A stretch of 63,925 bases of DNA, filler included, from Folioceros fuciformis (GCA_049999805.1; 10 parts of 10 records of this genome joined end to end with filler, not necessarily neighbours in it); one strand, 5' to 3'; shown: positions 11,621-23,871, numbered from the whole stretch's first letter. Notes: generated by a model from the letters alone, not told the origin. Translations and numbers: made by a program.

Positions 11621-13330
11621 ATGTGGCAGTCCATCGCCACCTTCAAGGAAAGCCTGTCGCAGATCGCCTCCGAGGTTCTTGACACTGCGGAGGAGCTGGA
11701 AATCGCAGGATCCTCCAACTTTGCCTTACCGGAAGAAGACAATCATGGGGGGAGGAGCAGCAACAGTAACACCAGCTTTTCCCTGCCGCTGCCGCCGCCC
11801 AGGCTGTTGCTGCCGTCGTCGCCGAAGCAGCCGCTTGCTTCCGCGGATGAGGCTACGCCTCGCATGGCGATAGCATCGCCACTGCTGGGCCAGGGGCAGG
11901 AGCAGGGGCAGGGACGGGGACAGGATCATCGTGTTCAGGGCCAGGGCCAGGATGTGCAGGATCATGGCGAACGGGGTCAGAGCCAGGATGCGCAGCGGCA
12001 AGTGCAGGTGCAGCACGAAGGGGAGGAGCAGCAAGAGCAGCCGAAGAAGATGGAGACCACGTCAGGAGCTGACAGAAGGTCGATCTTGTCCGACATACGG
12101 GAAAGGGGAAGGGAAAGCGACAGGGACAGAGACAGGGAAAGGCAGCAGCAGAGAGAGCAGAAGGAGGCTGCCGCTCGGCAATTGTTGCACGTGGAAATGG
12201 AGCACATAGCGATGCAGCAGGCGGATGAAAGGGAGAGAGAGCGGCACATGGAGCAGGAGCAGCTGCGGCAGCAGGTGGCCTCCCTAACTGCAGAGCGGGA
12301 CAATGCCAAGAGGGATCTGCAGCGGCTCAGGCAGCATCTGCTGGACAAGGATGCGGCCGACAGCCAGAAGATGGATGAGGACAGCCAGCACATTGCGGAG
12401 CTGGAGGAGCGGGCTGCAGCCAGCCGGGCCCAGGCGGAGCTCCTTGAGCAAGCCCTAGCGCGCGCTTCTCAGGAGCAGGCACGCAATGCGGATGCGCACG
12501 CGATCACCCTGCAGCGGCTCACTGCTGAGAGGGATTCCTTGCAACTGCACCTGCAGCGCACCTCGGCTGCCCTGCAATCCAAGGATGAGGAGCTATCCAA
12601 CCTTCAGATAGCCTTGGGCCAGTATTGCGCAGAGATCGAAGCCCGCGATCGCCTCCACCTCCAGCTCGCTGCCGTTAAGGAAGAGGCCTCCCTCTTGGTC
12701 GCCAATCTCAGCCGTTGCACATCGGATCTGGACGCGGCTCTGGCGGCTAGGGACGAGGCTGTCGAGAGGGTGGAAGAACTGGAGGCCAGGCATGCGCAGG
12801 ACCAGGCCAACTTGCACAAGTCGGAGGAGGAGGTGGTCAGGCTGCGCCGGGCTCTGGAGCACACCATCTCTAGCCTCAACCGCATGTCCACGGATTCCCA
12901 AGTCACCGTCGACAAAGGCATTGTCGTTAAGTTGCTGGTCACCTACTTCCAGAAGAATCACAGCAAGGAAGTACTGGATCTCATGGCGCGCATTCTGGGC
13001 TTCTCGGACCAAGAGAAGGCGCAGGTTGGGCTTGCACAACGAGCAGCTACCGGAGGTGGCATCGTGAAGGGTGTGCTTGGACGTCCGGCTAGATTTGTTG
13101 GAGGTCTTTTAGGAAGCTCTGCAGCAGGATCTCATCGACCCTCTTCTACCACTTCTGCTACTACTGCTGCCCACGGCTCGTTTGCAGACCTCTGGGTCGA
13201 CTTCCTTCTCAAGGAAACTGAAGAGCGGGAGAGAAGGGAGAAGGTAAATGGAGCGCCTCCCCCTTCTCCTGGGCCTTCCTCCTCTAAAATGGAGGGGCCA
13301 GAGGATTTTGAGTATGTAGCTGTGACTTGA
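11621..13330 (+). CDS. Golgin candidate 3/4-like coiled-coil Golgi protein (GRAB and GA1 motifs), intronless
   Basis: N-terminus MWQSIATFKESLSQIASEVLD, long coiled coil, GRAB-like VDKGIVVKLLVTYFQKNHSKEVLDLMARILGFSDQEK, GA1-like SFADLWVDFLLKE. Confidence 0.88.
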   Translation: MWQSIATFKESLSQIASEVLDTAEELEIAGSSNFALPEEDNHGGRSSNSNTSFSLPLPPPRLLLPSSPKQPLASADEATPRMAIASPLLGQGQEQGQGRGQDHRVQGQGQDVQDHGERGQSQDAQRQVQVQHEGEEQQEQPKKMETTSGADRRSILSDIRERGRESDRDRDRERQQQREQKEAAARQLLHVEMEHIAMQQADERERERHMEQEQLRQQVASLTAERDNAKRDLQRLRQHLLDKDAADSQKMDEDSQHIAELEERAAASRAQAELLEQALARASQEQARNADAHAITLQRLTAERDSLQLHLQRTSAALQSKDEELSNLQIALGQYCAEIEARDRLHLQLAAVKEEASLLVANLSRCTSDLDAALAARDEAVERVEELEARHAQDQANLHKSEEEVVRLRRALEHTISSLNRMSTDSQVTVDKGIVVKLLVTYFQKNHSKEVLDLMARILGFSDQEKAQVGLAQRAATGGGIVKGVLGRPARFVGGLLGSSAAGSHRPSSTTSATTAAHGSFADLWVDFLLKETEERERREKVNGAPPPSPGPSSSKMEGPEDFEYVAVT

Positions 13331-14182
13331 AACATCACACACGACACAGGGATGCCTAGCTTGTTTCAAGTCAGATTCATTGAATAACCAACATGGCCCA
13401 TGGCATGACAACCCTGCCAAGCTCGTACTTCTCTATATCCACCATGCAGGCCAGGTGAGCAGGTTGTGAAGTCTTTTGCCCTGGATGAATTCCGCTGCTG
13501 CTTGGGCTATTGCAGAAAAACTTATGCCTCGCCTGCTGCTTTTGCCCTGGTACTACAGATCCTGCTGAACAGTGGTGAATGCTTCCTTCTTGGGCCCGAC
13601 AGCAGCGCGCAGATGCCGTGAGCGAACACGTGGGAAATAGGCAAGACTGGGGCGCCCCCTTGCCTACCGGGTCGGATGGATCGCATTTGACACAAAGGTC
13701 CTACGCTACATCTCGGAGCTATCGTACCATAAAGGTGCCCTGTGGCGAATTGGCATTTATAACCTTTTTCGGAAATGGTGCCGTGAGGCGAATTCTCCTT
13801 TGTAGCCTGGTGTTCTACAATAGTTTGCACCCAATCATGCCAACTACGACTGAAGCCAATCCACTAGATCTTTGGTGGACCGCATGTAATACTCGAAGTT
13901 TTTGAAATATCAGGATCCCGGATTCTGACGGCAAACTTCACTCAGCTGAGTCGCATGTTCGTGGCGAAAGGGCAACTACAACTCAGTGGAAATAAATTTG
14001 ATTGAATTCGTAGTTGCCTTTCCGAGTCCCATGCGTATGAATCATGCCTTCACGGAGTGCACAAGCCAGGACTGAGATCCAGATATCAGCACCAGGCGTG
14101 AGACTGCTATAATGGTGTGCTGCAAAGCAAAGCAATTTTTGTTCAGCTGTACCATGCTTTGCAATGCTGTGCTACAATAAGA

Positions 14183-17127
14183 TCACAACAATCCTCTGGA
14201 CGACACAGTGGTCTGAATCTTGTGCACAACTTCATCCAAGGAGAGGGTGCCCAAGTCTCCACCATGCCGGGTGCGCACGGTGAGCGTGTTCGTGTCGGCT
14301 TCCTTAGGACCCACAACTGCCATCATGGGAATCTTTTGCAACTCAGCGTTGCGAATCAATTTGGCCAGCCTCTCGCCGTGGGACACTTCTGCTCTGATCT
14401 CCTTCTCCAGCAGCTTCGCCACCACCTGTTGGCAGTACTCAAGTTCGCTATCCGTGACAGGCACGAGCCGAACTTGGATGGGGGCTATCCACAGAGGAAA
14501 GTCACCAGCATAGTTTTCAACCAGAATGCCGAAAAACCGTTCCACGGAGCCCAGGATGGCCCTGTGTATCATGATCGGCTGCTTCCGTTCAGTGTCCCTT
14601 GTTACATACACAAGATTAAACCGTTGCGGAAGATTGAAATCCACCTGTCGTGAGCAAATAGCAGAGAGACAGGAAGTGAGAAAACGCGTGGCGTCATCCA
14701 GCAAAGCTCAGGAATGCATAGCAGCATAAAAGCGATATAGCCCAAGCAACCAACCAAACCACTATTTCTGAAAAAAAAATCACCTGCACAGTCGAGCACT
14801 GCCATTTGCGGCCAATGGCATCCTCTATCTTGAGATCGATTTTGGGACCATAAAATGCCCCACCACCTTCGTCAATTGAGTACTCCCAGCCTTTGTCTTG
14901 GAGCGCGTCTCGCAATGCACTTGTGGCCGCTTCCCATATCGCATCGCTCCCAACTGCTTTTTCAGGCTTTGTGGAAAGGTTCACCTCATACCGCTTGAAG
15001 CCGAATTGCGACAGAACTTCCTCTGTGAGATCCAGCACACCTCGAATTTCATCCTTTATTTGATGAGGGAGACAGAAGATGTGGGCATCATCCTGCGAAC
15101 AACATCCCACATCACACACCCAGATGTCTACAACCGTCCCTCTGACTCAAAGGGAAGACCTGCATGACAAGAGCAACACTAGCAAGCGAAAACCTGAGGC
15201 TGACAAGGCACCAAAAAGTCATGTGTCGGATGATAAATAGAACACAAAGGACATACTTGAGTGAAGCCTCTAACTCGAAAGAGGCCTTGCAAGGTTCCTG
15301 ACCTCTCATATCGGTACACAGTACCCAATTCTGCAACCCTAACAGGCAGCTCCCTGTACGAGCGTAATGCATCCTTGTAAATCTGGATATGGCAAGGGCA
15401 GTTCATTGGCTTGAGCTGATACAATTCATCTTCGATCTTCATCTGATCAAACATGTTTTCCTTGTAAAAGTCAAGATGACCACTTGTCTTCCAGAGATCG
15501 AGTTTAGCCACATGGGGAGTGTAGAGGAGTTGATAGCCCCTCTGCAGATGAATCTTTTTCCAGTACTCCTCAATCAAGTGCCGAATTATTGCACCCTTTG
15601 GGTGCCAGAACACCAAGCCACCCCCCGCATCTTCCTAGATAACGAGTACAAGATCAAGCCAACGTTCAAGAGACTATGCAAATTAGTTGCCTGTGACCTC
15701 AGAAAGCGCATCATCTCTGAGCTTTGGTGGCAACAGGCTGGAAAGTCATACCTGAATAGAGAAAAGATCCAGAGTCTGACCCAGTCGGCGATGATCGCGC
15801 CTCTTAGCTTCCTCTTTCTGTTTCTGATAAGCCTCCAGCTGTTCTGCTGTTTCCCATGCTGTTCCATATATTCGTTGAAGCATCTGATTCTTCTCATCCC
15901 CCCTCCAATAAGCACCGGCCACAGACTCAAGTTCGATGGCCCTCTTGTTCAAAAGTCCAGTTCTCTCCACATGCGGACCGGCACAAAGATCCCACCACTC
16001 ATCACCTAGCTACCACAAACCACCCTCCATTCACACGTTCAATGGATTTGCATGTATCTTTCCAAAGGCTTCACCTGGACAGCTGTTCTGAAATAGAGGG
16101 AAAACAGCAGGAAAGGACAGACCGCCGGCCCTTGTGTGACCTACCTATATGGTAGATAGTGATAGGCTCGGACTCTATGCTGCTGAGAATCTCAAGCTTG
16201 TAGGGCTCTTTGATCTCAGTAACACGGCGGACAGCCTCCTCCATAGAAACTTCTTCCCTCCGAAGTGGGAAGTTCCGGCTTATGATGCGATCCTGGAGTG
16301 CAGAGCACTTGAGCTCAAGAAAGGACCGCAGATAACCAGTGGGGTAAACAATGGCACGGGTAACAGACATACCATCTCCTTCTTAATTTTCTTCAGGTCC
16401 TTATCCGTGAACGGCTCTTTGACATCAAAATCATAGTAGAAGCCCTTCTCTATCCATGGACCAATTGTGACTTGTGCTCCGGGATACAGCTTTTGTACTG
16501 CCATCGCCATGACATGGGCACACTGCAACAGCAGAGCCGAAGACGGGAAGGAAGTTAATAAAACATCAGCCCCTCCCACCCTCGCACTGGACTGGAGCTG
16601 GCGGTAGCAGCCACACCGTATGACGAATCCGGAGCAAGTTGGGAGAAGAGTCATTGGTGGGCAAAACGATGGGCCGAGCAGGAGCCTCATCTTGATCCAA
16701 GACTGGTTGCACTTCTGGCTCCGACTCGGCTTTGTCCACCGTCTCTGCACCAGCTGCAAGTGAGGCGATGCCGGATTTGCCAGCAACAGGCACACCTGTT
16801 CTGAGGCCCGGAGCAAGGCAGAAAAAAGCAACGTGGGGAGACGCCAATTGAGCGGAAGTGGAGTGCAGGGAGCTAGCTCTGGATGCCAGCAAGGCCTGTA
16901 ATACGTGAGGCCTCCCGCGAGCTCGCAGGCCTACTGCGATCCTGGGCTCCAAGCAAAGCTGCCTGCCGACGAGGACATTTACGAGCACCCTGGTTGGTAT
17001 GCGGAAAGCATTCGCATAGCTTGCAAGACAAGACTGCATTCAAAACATACCGGACGGGACCGACCAGGCAGCGCAGCGTGGGAAACGACATCATGTGCAC
17101 GGCGCACGCCGCCCGCGCCATCTCCAT
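14183..17127 (-). CDS. thrS: Organellar (chloroplast/mitochondrial) threonine-tRNA ligase, EMB2761-like. Predicted exons 17127-17051, 16989-16617, 16522-16373, 16292-16145, 16005-15752, 15634-15257, 15092-14784, 14644-14183
   Basis: [71 protein letters not shown] and the anticodon-binding domain. All junctions are GT-AG and preserve frame. The 5' exons (transit peptide) are less certain. Confidence 0.93.
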
Positions 17128-17581
17128 CTCCTCTCCGAATTGCTCCTCGGCAAAATTGCTCCTTATCCCCTAACCGGACTCGTGTGCACAAATTCACATC
17201 TCGCTTCCGTTCGTCTCGCACACCGCCTACATATGTATGNNNNNNNNNNNNNNNNNNNNNNNNNNNNNNNNNNNNNNNNNNNNTTAATTAATTAANNNNN
17301 NNNNNNNNNNNNNNNNNNNNNNNNNNNNNNNNNNNNNNNTAGCCTTCAGGACGAGTCCTGAGAATCCGACAAGCCCGGGAAAGGGCTACGCCAGGCCTCT
17401 ATAGACCACCCCGGTCCCCAAAGATCAAGAGCTCACACCCGCCTCCAGCTACTGATGAGGAGGCTGTATCTCCCATTGTTGGGGTCTACGGGGATAATGA
17501 AGCTAAGGAATGAAGTTACTGGCTAGTACACAGAGACAAAACTACAAGAGTGCAGCTAGCATGTTGACAGGTCTGATCACC

Positions 17582-18187
17582 TCATGCAAATTGACTACCT
17601 GTTGTGCTTCTTTCTCTGCTATTTGCTGTTTTCTCAAAGTGAACAGCAAATGTGCGGAACTTTGGATTTCTCAGAAGCTCTGGCTTCAGGAGGACATGCA
17701 ACTTGTAGTCCAAGTGATGGAACTGCTCCCTCAAGGTATACAAGTCCACAATCACGCTGGCCACGCTTTTGTTGAGGTTCACAAATCTTCTGTCTACAAA
17801 CAAGGCATGTGATTCCACCCTAGAAATGATCTGTGTAATTGTGGCCTGTGGTGCAGGATGTGTAGTGAGAAAATCGTTAGGGTTCCCGTGGGCGTTTAGA
17901 GCAATTCTGGGGTGGAAGTTCTGATGATCAGCACCTATGGCCAGCTCTTGAGGAACAACAATTAGGTTTTGGTAATCAGGATAGAGAGTTGAAACCAGCA
18001 AATCGTAGGCCTCGAGTAGGCGATTGCTGTGCGTAGGTCTGTCCTGGTTTCTGTGAATCCAATCTTGTGTGTGTTGGTGAATTCGTTCCGCTACATTCCT
18101 GTCGTTGAGTTGTCCTCTTGCTGAACGATTCCGCTGAACGTGCTTTGCAGGCCGAGGTTGCCAAATCTTGCCCTCGTTGTAAGCCAT
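17582..18187 (-). CDS. Hypothetical retroelement accessory ORF (coiled coil), homologous to the pre-gag ORF at 46261-46608
   Basis: 201-aa ATG ORF. FLTT...IISRVESH...VDRRFVNL...VIVDLYTLREQ aligns without gaps to FLTT...LIDRIEAH...VDKRFDNI...VIVDLHDLIEQ at 46438-46608. Confidence 0.6.
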   Translation of the reverse strand: MAYNEGKIWQPRPAKHVQRNRSARGQLNDRNVAERIHQHTQDWIHRNQDRPTHSNRLLEAYDLLVSTLYPDYQNLIVVPQELAIGADHQNFHPRIALNAHGNPNDFLTTHPAPQATITQIISRVESHALFVDRRFVNLNKSVASVIVDLYTLREQFHHLDYKLHVLLKPELLRNPKFRTFAVHFEKTANSRERSTTGSQFA

Positions 18188-18394
18188 TTGTGATGGCTGA
18201 GACTCTGATTGCGAGGATGCGCCTGAAGTGCATCCTGATTTTTTTTTTTTTTTTTCTGGGCTATCTTTTAAAGAACATTTCTAAAAGGATAAGANNNNNN
18301 NNNNNNNNNNNNNNNNNNNNNNNNNNNNNNNNNNNNNNNNNNNNNNNNNNNNNNNNNNNNNNNNNNNNNNNNNNNNNNNNNNNNNNNNNNNNNN

Positions 18395-18785
18395 TAATCA
18401 ACAAAGAAGTGAGTTTCTTATGCAGAAAAGCAAACTAAAACTAAAAACTTGAATAGTCGTGTCCTTTCGTCTAAGGGACGTAACCCTAGCCAACAGTTAT
18501 ATTGACTTAAGTATATTAACCTATGGCCTTAACGTGCTGATAACATCTATTAAATAACACTTATTTCTTCACTGGTAGCTGAGTTAATTGGGGGGAGTAG
18601 TAGTTGAGCTGGTAGGTAGTAGGGACGATAGTAGGTGAGCCTTGACTTAGGTAAAGGTTAGTAGTGATTAAAGTTAGTGTTCCTTGGCACAAATCATTCC
18701 CTTGGGAGCGAATCATACGACTACAACGACATAGAGGGTGAATGTGGACCTCACAGTGTCTCTGGACACAAGATTTCACTCCATA
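18395..18785 (-). mobile_element. Terminal part of an LTR-like element (TGTGGAG-terminus family) abutting the first methyltransferase copy
   Basis: Shares the CCCTTGGGAGCGAATCAT...CAACGA...TGTGG block with 40520-40615, 22603-22710 and 59530-59630. Left boundary uncertain. Confidence 0.6.
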
Positions 18786-19599
18786 GGGAGGCCATGAAAA
18801 AGTGGTGTAGCCGAGGTGGGCTCGTTTTATTTGTTTGAGATAAGACGAATATGTCCAATGACCACGGAGGCTTTGAAACAGTGGAGTACATTACTATCGG
18901 ATGGTCTTTGAAGGATGGGAGCAACAAACAACACACTTCAATGATGCCAAGGCAAAAGGGTGCTATCTTCAACAACGGAAGATCTATTATTGCACATGAT
19001 ACGGTTGTGAAGAAACATGTGTACCTTTCCCATGACAAACGGGTTGTCTGCCCGTATCATAGACCATTGGGGTTCATGGACAAGCTAATTCGTAGCTTCA
19101 GCAGAGAGGGTGAGTGGGTCGTGGATGTGTGTTCCGGCAGCGGGACAACATTGCTGGCATCATTGCTAGCTGGAAGAAACTGCGTGGCCATCAAAGGGAA
19201 CAAACGATGTGTAGCATACATTGCCCAGCGAGTCCATGGTAATGAAGTGCTCCCTGATGCAGTGGAGGAGCTAACATTCAACCCGCTTCAGAGAGGACCA
19301 TCACAGTACTGGGCGAAGGAGGTATGCATCAGCGAGAAGGACTGCTCTCGAGCACAAGTTGTCTCTTTGACATCGAAGAGGAGGAGCCACAAAACGAGCC
19401 CGATAGTGGTGTTGGGATAGCAAACTCTGAACAGGGTGTGGGAAGGGCCAGCATCGGACAACGAGGAAGATGGAGATGCACAAAGGGAGGACAAGGCGCT
19501 CAAGGAAGTGGACAACTTTGATCTTCAAGATGAAGCGCGAATGCAGAATGTGGCCGTTGTGTTTGACTCTGAGGTAGTAGAAGATCATCTCGTGGACTA
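18786..19599 (+). pseudogene. Beta-class DNA N4-cytosine/N6-adenine methyltransferase-like (N6_N4_Mtase C-terminal half), copy 1, 5'-truncated, with an acidic tail
   Basis: CPYHRPLGFMDKLIRSFSREGEWVVDVCSGSGTTLLASLLAGRNCVAI matches the motif X-I-II block of beta-class MTases. In-frame TGA at 18836-18838 where copy 2 has Trp; frameshifts in the tail. Confidence 0.75.
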
Positions 19600-19949
19600 G
19601 AGTAGCTGTAGAGTGTATGCTTCTTTGGGTAGATGTTGAGTTCTGTGCCCGTACATTGTACATTGAAAGACCTTATCGAAGGTGATGAATAAAATTTTTT
19701 GTACCCACTCTTCATTTTCACGGTGACTTGAGTTGGAGGGAGAGGGTGAGGGTGTCGGCTAGTCAATGCCCTCTCCCTGTAACTCAACTAACTGTCACCG
19801 TATAATCCGTGTTTTAGACTTGTCGTAAGCAAGGAAGAGGGTGTGTGATAAACAAGCACGTTCGATTTTGCGTGTGTAAAGAAGGGTGTCTTTTTTGTCA
19901 AGAAGGTCTACCCCCCTTCTAAGAGGGTCACGACATTCACCCCCTTGCA

Positions 19950-20608
19950 AGTTTGAGGTGTTACAATCATTCCATGATATGACTATTTGTCATGAACTTC
20001 ATATGATAATTATTCACGGGGTTGAGGAGTTGCATATGGTGTGGGAAACACGTAGAAGGTGGTGCATAACAGGTGGATTGGTATCTTTTATTTGGGACCA
20101 AACCAATATGCACAACGATCAAGGAGGGTTTGATACAGTTGAGTACATAATTGTCGGATGGGGTGCTACTACGAGTAGCATGAAGACTAGAGTGTCCATG
20201 CTGCCCAACACTTTGTAAGGGTCTTTGAACAATGGGTGGGCTGTACTTTCACATGACACAGTTGTGTAGAAGCTTCTATTTATGTCACTGGACAAGTTGG
20301 TGGCCTATGCTTATCAAAGACCTCTCGATTTCATGATGAAACTAATCACCAATTTTTTGGAGGAGGGAGATTGGATAATAGATTCAGGTGCATGTAGTGG
20401 GTCCTGTACACTAGCCACTCTTCTTTGTGGAAGAAACTGTATTGTCATAGATGTGGACAAGGGGTGCATGGAATTCATTCCTCAGAGAATTCATGGGTAT
20501 GATGTTCTTGAAGATGCAATAGAGGAAATGAATCATGGACCCCACCGATGAGGTTCTACTCAATGTCAATATTCTAGAGATGCTAGAAGATGTAGACAAG
20601 AGCAAACT
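19950..20608 (+). pseudogene. Beta-class DNA methyltransferase-like, copy 2, decayed and cut by a copia LTR
   Basis: One reading frame across ORFs 19886-20218 and 20282-20551, with stops at 20216-20218 and 20267-20269. YQRPLDFMMKLITNFLEEGDWIIDSGACSGSCTLATLLCGRNCIVID is colinear with copy 1. Confidence 0.72.
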
Positions 20609-22602
20609 TGTCATAGAGAAAACAAGATAATAATATTAAGTGATCACAAGAGTGTCTTATATACATAAGTTGTTTAACTCTAAGTGACCTTTTGCTATAC
20701 AACCCTAATTACTTAACCCGTGACCATGGTTATATATATACAACCTCAACGGGTCATTCCTAATGGGGTTTAACACACCCCCTTAACCACGTCGCTGGTT
20801 AGAAGTTGTAGGCGTTGTGTGCGAATCTTCAGGGTGATGACGAGCTTCGGGGTCGTCTGGAAAGGACGGCCAAAGCAAAGTTGCCGGAGTGAGGTGAACG
20901 ATTAGATGCAGGCACTAAGCTTTATCCGTTCGGTCCCACTTCTGGTGATATGAGCAATTGTCCATCAATGCTTTGTAGAAGAGAAGGGTAGATAGGAGCT
21001 ATAGTCCACCAAACCCAGAGCTTCCCTGTGGATATTGTGCTTCTGCGTTGACAAACACTTGGTCAACAAGTCGGCAGTGTTCAGCTCCGTTGGCACATGT
21101 TCAATCTGTATCACCTTCCGCTCAACAGAGTGCTGGACGAAGTGGTGCTGAAGTGGTGCTGAATTTTGATGTGCTTTGTCCGAGCATGAAAACGAGTGTT
21201 CCCAACCAAAGCAATTGTAGACATGTTGTCGCAATATAAAGTTGTAGGAATCTTCTAGTTGAAGTTCAGGCCGGCTAAGAATGATCGTTCCCACTCTGCT
21301 TCTTTGGCTGACTCTGTCAAAGCCTTGTACTCAGCTTCGGTGGATGATAGAGCCACAGAAGCCTGCTTCTTCGAGCTCTAGTTCACGGCTGCTCCCGACA
21401 AGAGAAAAAAATAGGCAGACACACTCCTATGCTCATCTGGATCAGTTCCCTAGTCAGCATCTGCATATCCAACCAAGGTGATATTCTGATCCATGCCTTG
21501 AATGCATAGTCCATGTGTTGAAGTGCCCTTCAAGTAACGGAGGATCCTTTTGACGGCGATCCAATGCTCCTGACCAAGCTTCTCCAAGAATTGGGAAACT
21601 GCACTGACAACATGCTGGATATCTGGTCTTGTCCATCAGCTTATATAGTTCAAGCACCCTATGGCATGATGATATGGCACTTGGCTCATGAGTTCCTGAT
21701 CTGTGTCATCCTATGGAGATTGGAGGGAAGTGAGCTTGATCCCAACACAACCAAGTGTGCTGACGGGCTTTGCATCTTGAAGGTTGAAGCGGCAAATGGT
21801 CTTGTTGATATACTTGGTTTGGTGAAGGAAAAGAGTTTGGTTAGCTCTATCCCTAAGGAGTTGAACCCCAAGAACAAAGGTGAGTTCTGCAATGTCCTTC
21901 ATGTCATATCGCTTATGCAGCATGGCCTTCACCCAATCCAGCAGGTCCCTATTATTTGATGCAAGGATTGCGTCATCAACATATAGAGCCAATATCACAA
22001 GATATCCTCCTTTGCAATATATGTAGACGTTGGAGTCTGCAAGGTTCTGGATGAAGCCAATGGACTTGAGGTACTTGTCGATACACGTGTACCACTCTCG
22101 AGCACTTTGCTTGAGTCCATATAGGGTCTTCTTCAATTTGCACACCCAATCTGGATGTTCCAGATCGACAAAGCCCTCAGGCTGGTCCATGTAGATATCT
22201 TCCTCTAATTCTCCATAGAGGAAGGCTGTTGAGACATCCCTTTGCTCCAGATCCCAGTCTCTAGCAGCTGCAAGGGCTAGGATCATCCTGATGGATTGTG
22301 TCTTGACGACAGGGCTGAAAGTTTCGTTGAAGTCCACACCTACTACTTGTGAGAAGCCGCGAGCAACAAGATGTGATTTGTAACGTGCTATGTCCCCTTG
22401 TGCATTCAGCTTATGTTTGAACACCCACTTGCAACTCACCGTTTTCCTTCCAGCAGGTAAGGGGCAAAGTGCCCATGTTCCATTCTTCATCAAGGAGTCA
22501 TACTCGTCTTGAATTGATGGAAGCCAATGGTGTTTGTGTGCACCTTTTATAGCCTCCTTGTAGGTTTGAGGTTTTGCTAGGTGAGGTGTGCGGGTGGAGG
22601 AG
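20609..22602 (-). mobile_element. Ty1/copia 3' half (RT, RNase H, PPT, 3' LTR at about 20609-20775)
   Basis: ORF 21711-22646 (WALCPLP, DVSTAFLYG, YVDD) and RNase H ADLLTKCL. Reverse-complement polypurine tract CCCCCTT at about 20778 next to TTTAACA. Confidence 0.9.
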
Positions 22603-23871
22603 TGTGGTGTGATTTCTTGCACCCAAGAACCACCCAAGGGCCACACATCCCCTTATTGTCGTTGCAGTCTTATGGTTTGCTCCCAAGGGAGTGAACTAGC
22701 GCCAAGGAACACTACTTATCACACTTCTACCTATCAGCCGGTCTATAGGCCTAACCATACACACAACAAAAAGGGCTGGAAGCCTAGCCTAGTCCCAAAT
22801 CAGCTCACACAACTCACACTCCTGATCTTAAGTACTTCAACTCTTCAAGATTCCCACTTCAGTCCCTTTCTCTTCACTTCTATGCATTTCACTCCAACTC
22901 TTCCTCTCTTTTCTTCAGCTATTCCCTGGAAATTGGGACACAATGGCTTCACTCCTTGCAGCCTTCAAGCATAGTGTGGATACTAGGACTGGATAGCTCT
23001 CCAAGCTCACGGTCCTGTCCCTTCACTTCAGCCAACTTGCGAATCATTCAGCCCTTGCGGACCCAGCCACACGGATCTTGATAGTCTTGGGATCTCCACG
23101 TTCCCCTAGTGGCAAGGGGAATCAAGACCTTGGTTCAGTCTCAACCGGCTCAGCGCCCTATGCCAGGAGTCCTGCACACAAGGACCAGGGACATCGCACC
23201 ATAGACCCCCCCTCCTCAATGGCAAGTCTGGCCTCTTATACTACCCCAGTCCAAGACCCCACCTCTATCTACTAGGTTAGCCTCAGTTCACTGCCGACAG
23301 TCTCTCTCCGACCTAGCCCATCCCTAATTCTGACCTAAGCCGCCCCTAACTTTGACCTAACCTAACTCTGACTTAAACCCAGCTCTATCCTAATCGTAAC
23401 CCTAACTCTAACTTAACATCAATCCAACCTAATCCCAACCCCAACCTAAACCAAGCCTAACTCTAATCTCATCCTAACCATAATTACCCGCTACCTCTTG
23501 GACACTTATTTGCCCCTACCAACAATCACCAGTGCCTCTCAAAACTGCCCTTAACTCCCTCAAACCCCTCGGACCTCCCCTTCTTCCAGTATTGTGGTCA
23601 CCTCTTCAAAATTGACCACTCTTTCTCCCCAAGTCGTAGGATCACAGGATGGAATGTTCCATTCCCTCATATTGTTAGGAAGGCCAGTCATCCGTGGAGT
23701 GTCACTCAGAACACCCCCATTGGCTTCCCCCTGACAACAAGCTACTATCCTGGCAACCCGCTCCACCACCATCAAGCTTCCCGCAGCCTCTCGGACTTCC
23801 CTTGGCTAGTTCCTCTATTGGAGCCACCTTCACTTGCCAGTGCTTAGCACAACCGGGTTCCAATTCTGGCT
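22603..23871 (+). mobile_element. LTR-like element (TGTGG terminus) inserted into the copia; close relative of 39320-40615
   Basis: Starts TGTGGTGTGATTTCTTGCAC. Extensive similarity to the reverse complement of 39590-40615, for example CCACGTTCCCCTAGTGGCAAGGG. Confidence 0.75.

Noticed and set aside
9196-13420. Many long overlapping alternative-frame and antisense ORFs
   Set aside because: Shadows of GC-rich kinase and golgin coding sequence with no recognisable motifs.
18690-18730. Faint resemblance of GGGAGCGAATCATAC to the 5S rRNA 5' end (Cassandra-like)
   Set aside because: No 5S internal A/C boxes follow; the match is too short.
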